Of a DNA stretch of 64,000 bases, positions 37,967 through 46,103 are shown one piece after another; position 1 is the stretch's first letter; each line of letters opens with the position of its first letter. The notes beneath the pieces were generated by a model. That model was not told where the DNA came from. It made no database searches and saw nothing but the letters and a program-made list of their open reading frames with translations. The translations under genes and the position numbers were made by a program. Source of the stretch: an uncultured Gammaproteobacteria bacterium (GTDB lineage: Bacteria > Pseudomonadota > Gammaproteobacteria > Pseudomonadales > Azotimanducaceae); NCBI GenBank assembly GCA_942491135.1, contig CALNZS010000005.1, positions 58,260-122,259 of the forward strand. The letters are read 5' to 3'.

Positions 37967-38395
37967 ATGATCAGCCAAGGCCCCATAGAAGATCGTCTTG
38001 CAATCCGCGAACTCGTCGAGTCCTACAATGACGCCGTCATGCGTTTCGATGCCGAGGCGTGGGGCGCCAACTGGTCGGAGGATGCCACCTGGTCCCTGCC
38101 CGGCGCCGGCGACGTGAACGGCCGCGACAATGTGGTCAACGTTTGGAAGCAGGCCATGTCGACGTTCTCGTTCGTCGGCTTCTTCGCCTCCGCCGGACCC
38201 ATCGTAGTGGACGGCGACAGCGCCACCGGCACCTGGTATCAGCAGGAATTTCTGCACCAGAAGGACGGGGTCAACCGCAACATCACCGGCCTCTACCAGG
38301 ACGAATACGTCAAAAGCGGCGGGCGCTGGCTGTTCCGCAAACGCGCCTACTCGATTCTGAACGCGGAGGAAACGCCTGCCGCCGCGGCCGGCTGA
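37967..38395 (+). CDS. NTF2/SnoaL-like family protein
   Basis: ATG behind AAGGAGG (MISQGPIEDRLAIRELVESYN...), 142 aa. Confidence 0.75.
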   Translation: MISQGPIEDRLAIRELVESYNDAVMRFDAEAWGANWSEDATWSLPGAGDVNGRDNVVNVWKQAMSTFSFVGFFASAGPIVVDGDSATGTWYQQEFLHQKDGVNRNITGLYQDEYVKSGGRWLFRKRAYSILNAEETPAAAAG

Positions 38396-38418
38396 GGCCA
38401 CGCCGGCAGACCCGGCGA

Positions 38419-38868
38419 TCAGTCGCGTAGTCCGTAGAATTCCCGCCGTGGCCACAGAAAGTCGATGCGCGTCAGCTCGATCTTCCAGGCGCCGTCCACC
38501 TTGCGGTAAACGTCGTCGTAGATGCCGAACAGGGTCAGTGGATTCTCGGCCCCTTCGGCGACGTTCAGATTGAGCTGATACCAGCGGCCATTGGCGCGAT
38601 CGTCGCCCAGCAGCCGGATCCACGGGTTGGTCACGGCGTGCATCTGGGAATGGACCGCGCGGCCGCTGCCAATGAGAAACTCGTGGTAACGGGCCCGGAT
38701 CTCTTCCTTGCCGGTCCAGTTACCGCCGAAGGCGGGACCGTATTCGCACACCGCGTCGTCGGTGAACAGGTCCACGAGCTCGTCCAGCATGTTGCCGTCG
38801 TAATAGTGCGAATACAGATAACGCATCTGCTTGATCGCCTCGATCTCCAGCAGTTCTTCGACCGTCAT
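38419..38868 (-). CDS. NTF2/SnoaL-like family protein
   Basis: Internal ATG behind GGGGAGA (MTVEELLEIEAIKQMRYLYSHY...), 149 aa. Confidence 0.75.
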   Translation of the reverse strand: MTVEELLEIEAIKQMRYLYSHYYDGNMLDELVDLFTDDAVCEYGPAFGGNWTGKEEIRARYHEFLIGSGRAVHSQMHAVTNPWIRLLGDDRANGRWYQLNLNVAEGAENPLTLFGIYDDVYRKVDGAWKIELTRIDFLWPRREFYGLRD

Positions 38869-38900
38869 GATGTTCTCCCCTGCGAGTTCGGCTTCAGTCG

Positions 38901-38929
38901 TTGACATTCTGCCCAGCGAACAAAACAAT
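38901..38929 (+). promoter_or_regulatory. Candidate sigma70-type promoter of the Rieske operon
   Basis: TTGACA, 17-nt spacer, AACAAT. The -10 element overlaps the motif copy at 38922..38942. Confidence 0.35.
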
Positions 38930-38942
38930 CACCAGATCCGGT
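38922..38942 (-). promoter_or_regulatory. Copy of recurrent motif (candidate operator)
   Basis: Minus strand reads ACCGGAT CTGG TGATTGT TTT. Lies in the divergent region between NTF2 (38868) and Rieske (38993). Confidence 0.4.
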
Positions 38943-38992
38943 TTTGGTTCGAACGGAATCCGGTTTCATTCCAGTTGCATGGGGGGAGGACG

Positions 38993-40285
38993 ATGTTCGA
39001 CGCCAGCGAAATTGCCACGTTGCGCCAGCTCATGGAGTACGAGGCCGCCCGCCGCGAGCCGCCGAAGGATTTTCCGGTGTTGCCTGAGATACCCGGCGGC
39101 CGCTACACCGACCCGCGATTCTACGAACTGGAGCAGCGTTACCTGTGGCGAAAGTCATGGCTGCTGGCCGCCCACCTGGACGAGTTGCCCGAACCGGGTT
39201 GTTTCCGGCTCTGGGAGACCGCCGGGCAGCCGGTGATTCTGGTGCACGGTGACAGCGGCCGCATCAAGGCCTTCTACAATACCTGCCGGCATCGCGGCGC
39301 GCCCATCGTGACCGAACAATCCGGTCAACGGCCGCGCCTGGTGTGCCGCTACCACGGCTGGACCTACAGCCACGACGGCGACCTGATCGCCGTGCGCGAC
39401 CCGGAAGACTTCCGCGGGCTGGACTTTTCCTGCCATGGACTCAAGGAGATCCGCTGCGAGCGCTTCGGCAATCTGATCTTCGTGAACTTCGACGACGAAG
39501 CGCCGTCCCTCGTGGACTGGCTCGGGCCCATCGCCGACGAGTGGGCGGAATTCCAGTTCGACCGCTGCCGCCTCGCCGCGCGCCATATCTTCGATCTCAA
39601 CTGCAACTGGAAGGTCGCCATGGAGGCCAATACCGAGGTCTACCACGTGCGCAGCATTCACCCGAAGACCGTGGCGCCCATCGTCGACGACCGGCGCAAC
39701 GTCAACACCCTGTATCGAAACGGCCATGGACGCATGATTGCGCCGCCACCGCGGCGCGCCGGGCCATCCGAACATGTGCGCCAGGCCGGCCCGGAAATCG
39801 ACAGCGTCGGAGAGATCGGCCGGACCTGCACGCAGTCCTACGGCATCTTTCCCAACTGGGTGTCACCGCTCAGCCACCGCGGCATCCCGCCGCTCCTGTT
39901 CTGGCCCAACGGCATCAACCGCTGCCGGCTGGAAACCTGGACCATGACCCCCGACTGGGGCGACGGCCCCCGCCCCGATCACTGGACCGTCAACGACGGC
40001 GAGAGCCTCAATCAGGTGCTGCTGGAAGACACCCAGTTCGGCGAATGGATCCAGAAGTCCATCGAGTCCTACGGCTTCCAGGGCGTTCGCTTGAGCTACC
40101 AGGAGGCGCGCATCTATCACTGGAACCAGTGGGCGGACCGGATCATCGGCCCCGACAACATTCCACCCGAGCTGCGCGTCGATCCGGTGATCGGTGACGC
40201 CTGGCTGTACCCGAACGATCCCCGCCTGGAGGAGATGCAGACCATGGAAACCGGACAACGAACCGCCGCGGAGGGCAACGCATGA
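38993..40285 (+). CDS. Rieske [2Fe-2S] oxygenase, alpha subunit
   Basis: ATG behind GGGGGGAGGA (MFDASEIATL...). CRHRGAPI...CRYHGWTY. Confidence 0.9.
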   Translation: MFDASEIATLRQLMEYEAARREPPKDFPVLPEIPGGRYTDPRFYELEQRYLWRKSWLLAAHLDELPEPGCFRLWETAGQPVILVHGDSGRIKAFYNTCRHRGAPIVTEQSGQRPRLVCRYHGWTYSHDGDLIAVRDPEDFRGLDFSCHGLKEIRCERFGNLIFVNFDDEAPSLVDWLGPIADEWAEFQFDRCRLAARHIFDLNCNWKVAMEANTEVYHVRSIHPKTVAPIVDDRRNVNTLYRNGHGRMIAPPPRRAGPSEHVRQAGPEIDSVGEIGRTCTQSYGIFPNWVSPLSHRGIPPLLFWPNGINRCRLETWTMTPDWGDGPRPDHWTVNDGESLNQVLLEDTQFGEWIQKSIESYGFQGVRLSYQEARIYHWNQWADRIIGPDNIPPELRVDPVIGDAWLYPNDPRLEEMQTMETGQRTAAEGNA

Positions 40286-40698
40286 GCAACACAGCAGATC
40301 CAGCCGATCGCATCGCCCTGCAGGACGTCATGGAGCGTTACGCGGCCGGCGTCGACGAACGGGACCTCGAGCTCTACGCCTCGGTGTTCTGCGACGACGT
40401 CGAAGTGGTGGGCTTCGGCCCGGAGACCATTAACGGCCGGGAGGCCTGGGTCGACTATGTGCGCACCGCTCTCGAACGGTTCGGGCCCACTCAGCATCTG
40501 ATGGGGCCTCAGCTCGCTGACGTCGACGGCGATCAGGCCCATTGCCGGACCAACGTGCAGGCTACCCACTTCCTCAAGGAGCCGGAGGGCGAAATGCTGA
40601 TCCTCTGGGCCTGTTACCTGTCGGACATGCGGCGCACCGGCGACGGCTGGAAGATCGCCCGGCACGAGCTGGTCGCCCGCGGCACCCGGCAGAGCTGA
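40282..40698 (+). CDS. NTF2/SnoaL-like family protein (possible divergent oxygenase beta subunit)
   Basis: 138 aa. ATGA overlap with the stop of the Rieske alpha gene. Confidence 0.75.
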   Translation: MSNTADPADRIALQDVMERYAAGVDERDLELYASVFCDDVEVVGFGPETINGREAWVDYVRTALERFGPTQHLMGPQLADVDGDQAHCRTNVQATHFLKEPEGEMLILWACYLSDMRRTGDGWKIARHELVARGTRQS

Positions 40699-40702
40699 GG
40701 CC

Positions 40703-41239
40703 GTGTCCGCCGCCACCGGTACCGGCCGCATTCCCGACGCCGCCGAGGTCGCCGACCGGCTGGCCATCATGGACGTGCTGGCCCAGCACAGCCGCGGCGT
40801 CGATCGTGCCGATGGTGCGATCCTCAAGTCCGCCTACTGGCCCGAAGCCACCGTGGCGTACGGCGCCTTCGAAGGCAACGCGCACGCCTTCTGTGACTTT
40901 CTGCCGGATGCGATCCGCCACTACGCGCGCACGCAGCACAGCGTGACCAACATCCGAATGGAAATCGAGGGCGACCAGGCCAGGGTGGAGAGCTACGTTA
41001 CCGCCTACCACTACCTGGCCGTGGACGAAGGACCGGACCAGGAGATGACCTATCTGGGCCGCTACCTGGACACTCTGCGGCGCCAGGGCGGCTACTGGAA
41101 GATCCAGCACCGTCAGGTGGTCATGGACTGGAACCAGAACACCGCCGCCAGCGCCATTCTGGAAGGCCCGCCATTCGACGGCCTGGCCCGCGGCGGCCGC
41201 GGGCCTGACGACCCCCTGTACCCGTTCCTGGCGCTCTAA
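40703..41239 (+). CDS. NTF2/SnoaL-like family protein
   Basis: 178 aa with a GTG start 4 nt after the preceding stop. DRLAIMDVLAQHSRGVD block. Confidence 0.7.
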   Translation: MSAATGTGRIPDAAEVADRLAIMDVLAQHSRGVDRADGAILKSAYWPEATVAYGAFEGNAHAFCDFLPDAIRHYARTQHSVTNIRMEIEGDQARVESYVTAYHYLAVDEGPDQEMTYLGRYLDTLRRQGGYWKIQHRQVVMDWNQNTAASAILEGPPFDGLARGGRGPDDPLYPFLAL

Positions 41240-41242
41240 GGG

Positions 41243-42433
41243 CTACTTACCCGGCGCCGGACCGCCGGTGCCGGCAAACTCCGGTGAGGCCTCGTGACCG
41301 AGCAGGATCTTGCCGAGCTCCTGATACAGCGGATGGGCCACCCAGCGGTGGGTGGCGCAGGCGCGTGAGTCCCGGAGCTTGCGTTCCAGGGCACTGGTCA
41401 TGCGCATACCGCTGGTGCCGGCGGCATTGTGCAGGCTGTCCACCACCGTCATGCAGGTGTTGGCCGCGTGCACGCACGCCAGCCGGGCATTCTGGGTGGT
41501 TGCCGCCGACGGCGCCTCGGCCCCGGCCGCGAGCTCTTCCTCGATGTCGCGCATGGCCGCCATGACCCAGGACCGGGCCGCGCGGTAAGTGGCGGTCGCT
41601 TCGCCCATGCGGTACTGGGCGATGGGCCGGTCCGCCAGCGAGGACAGCGACAGCATGGGAATCTTGTTGCGCGCAATGTCCGAGAACGCCTGCAGCGCCC
41701 CGCGTGCCACTCCCAGCGCCACCGCCGCCTTGTTATAGGACAGACGCAGGGGCACCGGCATCCGGTACACCGGGTTCGGATAAAGCGGCGGCACCACCAT
41801 CAGGTCCACCGGGACGAATCGGGGTTCCACGTAGGCGCCCTCGGCCCGCACGTCGTGGCTGCCGGAACCGCGGAGCCCGGCGACGTCCCAGGTGTCGAGA
41901 ATCTCCCACTGATCCCGCGGCAGCATCCACAGCTTGAAGATCGGCGCGCCGTTTTCGTCCGTGTCCGGTTCCTCACCGCGCATCAGCGGCGCGCCCATGA
42001 AGCACCAGTGAGCCTGATGGCAACCGCTGATGAACGTGGTCTGACCCCAGACCCGGACGCCGCCGTCTTCCTGCCGTTCGGCGCGCGGCGGCGTGCTGCC
42101 GGGCCCGCCGCCGCCGCACATGATCACGCCAGGATTGTCCACATAGACTTCCCGGGCCAGTTCCGCCGGCATGCCGCCGGCCGCCATGGCGTTGATCTCG
42201 GAACCGATCATCACGTTCCAGGCCACGGAAGCATCCACCGCCGCCACCGCCTCGAGGATCTCGATGGTCTGGGTAGCGCTGGCGTCTTCGCCGCCCAGTT
42301 CCGGCGGCAGGGTGAAACGGAAGAAGCCCTCATCGACCAGCGTTTCGACGATGCCGTTCGGCAATCGCCGAAGCTGCTGGGCCTCGTCCCCGGCCGCTTC
42401 GATCTGCGGCGTCAGACGCTCGATGGTGTTCAT
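41243..42433 (-). CDS. Acyl-CoA dehydrogenase family protein (possibly flavin-dependent monooxygenase type)
   Basis: Internal ATG (MNTIERLTPQIEAAGDEAQQLRRLP...). ACAD N, middle and C-terminal domain pattern without an obvious CoA-ester signature. Confidence 0.7.
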   Translation of the reverse strand: MNTIERLTPQIEAAGDEAQQLRRLPNGIVETLVDEGFFRFTLPPELGGEDASATQTIEILEAVAAVDASVAWNVMIGSEINAMAAGGMPAELAREVYVDNPGVIMCGGGGPGSTPPRAERQEDGGVRVWGQTTFISGCHQAHWCFMGAPLMRGEEPDTDENGAPIFKLWMLPRDQWEILDTWDVAGLRGSGSHDVRAEGAYVEPRFVPVDLMVVPPLYPNPVYRMPVPLRLSYNKAAVALGVARGALQAFSDIARNKIPMLSLSSLADRPIAQYRMGEATATYRAARSWVMAAMRDIEEELAAGAEAPSAATTQNARLACVHAANTCMTVVDSLHNAAGTSGMRMTSALERKLRDSRACATHRWVAHPLYQELGKILLGHEASPEFAGTGGPAPGK

Positions 42434-42540
42434 CCGGCTTTCGAACTGAGTGGCGTTCTGCACGACTGTTCCCCTTCTCCCGCGAGTCACTCGCGTCGCT
42501 GCGCTACCAAGGCCCACGAGCCTACACAGCGACGGCAATT

Positions 42541-42561
42541 ACCGTCAAGCATGACTGTTTT
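42541..42561 (+). promoter_or_regulatory. Copy of recurrent motif (candidate operator)
   Basis: ACCGTCA AGCA TGACTGT TTT, ~110 nt upstream of the start at 42433. Its TCA is the stop codon of the VOC gene 42545..43015. Confidence 0.5.
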
Positions 42562-43015
42562 TCCGCTGCGGAAGCTGCGGCGCGTCCGGGTCACGGATCT
42601 CATAGAGCTCGATGACGTTGCCGAACGGGTCACGTCCGTAGATGGCCGACGACCGGCCGAAATCCACCGGCTCGCCGACGAACACCATCCCGGCTGCGCT
42701 CAAGCGCCGGTGTTCCGCCTCGATGTCCTGCACCTGCAGGGCCATGTGCGGATAGCCGAGGTCACAGGGCCGCGAGGTGGTGTCCCTGGGTTCGGGGTGG
42801 CGGTACTGCCAGAGTTCGACGAACACGTTGGGCGCCTCAAGCATGGCCATGCGGGCCGCGGTGTGATCGAGCCCGATGGCCCGGTCCGCACCCTCGAAAT
42901 CGCCGTCCCAGGCGCTCTCGCTGACACAGCGGAAGCCGAGCAGGCCGCAGTAGAACGACAGCGCCCGATCCAGATCGGGCACTGAAACCGCCACGTGATG
43001 AACCCCGATGATCAT
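42545..43015 (-). CDS. VOC (glyoxalase) family protein
   Basis: MIIGVHHVAVSVPDLDRALSFY..., 156 aa. Confidence 0.8.
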   Translation of the reverse strand: MIIGVHHVAVSVPDLDRALSFYCGLLGFRCVSESAWDGDFEGADRAIGLDHTAARMAMLEAPNVFVELWQYRHPEPRDTTSRPCDLGYPHMALQVQDIEAEHRRLSAAGMVFVGEPVDFGRSSAIYGRDPFGNVIELYEIRDPDAPQLPQRKNSHA

Positions 43016-43122
43016 GGACGAGCCCCTTCACAGATCCAGGTGCGGCTGGCATCTTGAGTCCGATCGGAGCCACCGGGGTCCGATCGTTTCCAGCACGCGT
43101 GAATGCTACCACGAGGCAGAAC

Positions 43123-43653
43123 ATGACGAACGTCCCCGATTTTCTGGGCGCGCCGGTGCAGATCGCTTATTTCGTCAACGACGTGGTCAGTGCCGCCAGC
43201 CGCATGCATCGGCTGTTCGGCGCTGGGCCATTCTTCGTGATCGAGCGCATCGAGCTGGCATGGGGCGAACACCGGGGCCGGTCCTGCCCGTTCGTTCACT
43301 CTTCCGCCTACGGACAGTGGGGCGAGGTGATGCTGGAGCTGGTGCAGCAGGACGAGGACGGGCCCTCGCCTTTCCGCGACCTGTTCCCGCCCGGCGCCGA
43401 GGGCCTGCACCACGTGGCCTGCCTGATCGACGATCTGGACACGGCCATAGCGGGCTGCAACGCAGCAGGCTGGCCACTGGCTGCCCGCGCCGCGACCCGA
43501 ACCGGCGTCGAGTTCGCCTTCGCCGACGCATCTCAGGCGCTCGGCCACATGATCGAACTCTACGAGCCCACGGATTCCCTGCGCGACTTCTACCGTTTCG
43601 TACGCGAGTCTGCCGCGGGCTGGGACCGCGCCGATCCGGTGCGCCGGCTGTAA
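43123..43653 (+). CDS. VOC family protein
   Basis: Internal ATG (MTNVPDFLGAPVQIAYFVNDV...). Paralog of 31801..32325. Confidence 0.75.
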   Translation: MTNVPDFLGAPVQIAYFVNDVVSAASRMHRLFGAGPFFVIERIELAWGEHRGRSCPFVHSSAYGQWGEVMLELVQQDEDGPSPFRDLFPPGAEGLHHVACLIDDLDTAIAGCNAAGWPLAARAATRTGVEFAFADASQALGHMIELYEPTDSLRDFYRFVRESAAGWDRADPVRRL

Positions 43654-43667
43654 CGGTACCCGACAAA

Positions 43668-43688
43668 ACCATCTACGTTGACTGTTTT
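43668..43688 (+). promoter_or_regulatory. Copy of recurrent motif (candidate operator)
   Basis: ACCATCT ACGT TGACTGT TTT, ~55 nt upstream of the SDR start at 43744. Confidence 0.4.
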
Positions 43689-43743
43689 GCCCGTTTGGGA
43701 TTGAATCGTTTCCTGCCAAGACGACACAGATCCGGGGGAGCAC

Positions 43744-44580
43744 ATGGGCGATCGATTGACCGGCAAGGTAGCCGCCATTACCGGTGCGGCCAGCGGCTTC
43801 GGTACCACCACCGCCCGACGCTTCGTCGACGAAGGCTGCCGGGTAGTGCTCGGCGATATTCAGGATGGCCCCGGCGAGGAACTCGCAAAGTCTCTCGGTG
43901 ATGCGGCCCGCTTCGTTCACTGTGACGTCACCCGCGAAGAGGACGTGGCGGCGCTGGTGGACCTCGCCGTCTCCGAGTTCGGCCAGCTCGACATCATGTT
44001 CAACAACGCCGGTATCGTGGGGGCGGTGGGGCCGATCGATACCACGCCTGCCGATGAGTGGAAGTTCACCGTGGATGTTCTGCTGAACGGCGTCTTCTAT
44101 GGCATGAAGCACGCCGCCCGGGTCATGAAACCCCGCGGCAGCGGATCCATCGTCAGCATGTCCAGCACCGCCGGGTTGATGGGCGGCCTCGGGCCCCACA
44201 CCTACGCCGCCTGCAAACACGCCGTGATCGGCCTGACCAAGAACGTCGGCGCCGAGTTGTGTCACTTCGGCATCCGGGTCAATGCCATCGCCCCGGCCGG
44301 CATGGCCACGGCCATGGTGGCCAACGTCATGACCGGTGACCCGGAGGCCCTCGAGCGGGCACGCGAGATGCTGGCGCAGTCGTCACCACTGAAAGGTCGC
44401 GCCGGCCTGCCTGAAGACGTTGCCAATGCTGCCCTGTGGCTGGCCAGTGACGAGTCCGGCTATACCACCGGCCACGTGCTGACCACCGACGCCGGCACCA
44501 CCACCGGCGCCAGCACCAGTGCGCCGGCGTTCGCCGAGTACGAACCGCTGTTCCGTGAAGCCGGACGCAAAGGACTCTGA
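43744..44580 (+). CDS. SDR family oxidoreductase
   Basis: TGAASGFGTT, NNAG, YAACKHAV. Confidence 0.9.
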   Translation: MGDRLTGKVAAITGAASGFGTTTARRFVDEGCRVVLGDIQDGPGEELAKSLGDAARFVHCDVTREEDVAALVDLAVSEFGQLDIMFNNAGIVGAVGPIDTTPADEWKFTVDVLLNGVFYGMKHAARVMKPRGSGSIVSMSSTAGLMGGLGPHTYAACKHAVIGLTKNVGAELCHFGIRVNAIAPAGMATAMVANVMTGDPEALERAREMLAQSSPLKGRAGLPEDVANAALWLASDESGYTTGHVLTTDAGTTTGASTSAPAFAEYEPLFREAGRKGL

Positions 44581-44627
44581 CGCTCCCGACCCCGAACCGA
44601 CGCACACTCAGACGCGAGGCAATCCCT

Positions 44628-45221
44628 ATGGCCAGGACCGACGATCACGAAATCGTCTCCATCTACCCGTTCTCGGACCAGGAAACCGAGCAGCTCATGA
44701 ACCACTCCAACGAGTGTGTGCTCATGTGGGCAACCCAGGACGGCTGGCCGGTGGGGGTGGTGCACGCTTTCGTCTGGCACGAGGGGAAGATCTGGATCAC
44801 GTTCGCCGCCCACCGCCACCGCGCGACGGCCATCCGCCGCGACAACCGGGTCTCGGTCTGCGTCAGCTCCGGCGGATACCCGGACGGCGCCGATGAAACG
44901 CTGCCCCGGGGCGCCATCACGTTCAAGGGGCACGGCGAACTGTTCGACGACGATGCGACGAAAGCGTGGTTCTACCCCGCTCTGTCGAAGAAGCTGAATC
45001 CAACCGACAGCGGCGGCGAAGCATTCTTCAACAACCTGCTGGATTCGCCGCTGCGCGTCATCCTGGCGGTGACCCCGGTCAAGAAGATCATGTACAACGG
45101 CGGCCTGGCCAATCGCCACATGGCCGGCACCGTCACCGAGGACGAACTCGGCGAGCGCCTCGAGGGGGATGCCGAACGGATGAACCGCGAGCGCGCCCGC
45201 CGCGGCCTGGAGCCACGCTGA
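44628..45221 (+). CDS. PPOX family flavin/deazaflavin-binding protein
   Basis: Close paralog of 7522..8115. Confidence 0.75.
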   Translation: MARTDDHEIVSIYPFSDQETEQLMNHSNECVLMWATQDGWPVGVVHAFVWHEGKIWITFAAHRHRATAIRRDNRVSVCVSSGGYPDGADETLPRGAITFKGHGELFDDDATKAWFYPALSKKLNPTDSGGEAFFNNLLDSPLRVILAVTPVKKIMYNGGLANRHMAGTVTEDELGERLEGDAERMNRERARRGLEPR

Positions 45222-45985
45222 TGGGCCGGCTGGACGGAAAGGTCGCCATCGTCACCGGCGCCGCCTCCAACCCGGGTCTGGGCTGGACAACGGCCCACAC
45301 CCTGGCGCACGAAGGCGCCCGGCTGGTGGTGACGGACATCGACGAGGCCGGAGCCGAGCGCTGCGCCGAATCGATTCGCGCTACCGGAGGCGACGCACTG
45401 GCGCTGGCTCAGGACGTGGTCAGCGAATCCGCCTGGGACAACGTGGTCGAGCGGGCCCTGAGCGCGTTCGACCGCGTCGACATACTGGTCAACAACGCGG
45501 GTATCGCGGTCCTCAAGCCGCTGGAGCAGCTTTCGCTGGCGGACTGGAACCGTCAGATCGAGGTGAACCTGACCAGCGTCTTTCTGGGCTGCCGGGCCAT
45601 CATGCCCGTCATGCGCAAGGGCGGCGGCGGATCCATCGTCAACCTGTCGTCGGTCGCCGGGCTGGTCGGCCTCCAGACCTGCAGCGCCTACGGGGCAGCC
45701 AAGGGCGGCGTGAGGATCATGTCCAAGACCATCGCCGTGGAGGGCGCCGCCGACGGAATCCGTTGCAACAGTGTCCACCCCGGCGTGATCTGGACCAACA
45801 TGCAGGCCCAGGCCACCGGTCAGCGCGATCCGGCCAAGGTGGCAACCGGACCGGACCGGGTACCCCTCGGCCGTGTCGGCGAGGCCCAGGACATCGCCAA
45901 CTGCGTGCTGTACCTGGCCTCGGACGAGTCGAACTACGTCACCGGCGCGGAATTCACGGTCGACGGCGGTATGACCAGCCAATGA
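45221..45985 (+). CDS. SDR family oxidoreductase
   Basis: The ATG overlaps the preceding stop (TGATG). TGAASNPGLG, YGAAKGG. Confidence 0.9.
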   Translation: MGRLDGKVAIVTGAASNPGLGWTTAHTLAHEGARLVVTDIDEAGAERCAESIRATGGDALALAQDVVSESAWDNVVERALSAFDRVDILVNNAGIAVLKPLEQLSLADWNRQIEVNLTSVFLGCRAIMPVMRKGGGGSIVNLSSVAGLVGLQTCSAYGAAKGGVRIMSKTIAVEGAADGIRCNSVHPGVIWTNMQAQATGQRDPAKVATGPDRVPLGRVGEAQDIANCVLYLASDESNYVTGAEFTVDGGMTSQ

Positions 45986-46025
45986 GCGGCGCTGCAATCG
46001 ACCACGTCCGCACCGTGGTGCCGAA

Positions 46026-46050
46026 ACATTCATGCTTGCTTGACTCTTTT
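46026..46050 (+). promoter_or_regulatory. Variant copy of recurrent motif (8-nt spacer)
   Basis: ACATTCA TGCTTGCT TGACTCT TTT, ~55 nt upstream of the TonB-dependent receptor start. Confidence 0.3.
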
Positions 46051-46103
46051 TTGCCGGTGGTCTAATACTCTCCCCGCGCTACATCGCTCTGGGAGAGAGA
46101 AAG

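Noticed and set aside
40282-41239. Possibility that the two adjacent NTF2 ORFs are halves of one frameshifted gene
   Set aside because: Each is a full-length NTF2-size domain (138 and 178 aa) with its own start. They are in different frames per the ORF track and separated by a clean stop. My base-by-base reading around 40681 was ambiguous by 1 nt, so I defer to the track.
45986-46103. Cobalamin or other riboswitch upstream of the TonB-dependent receptors
   Set aside because: The leaders are only about 60-120 nt and show no conserved riboswitch core sequences.
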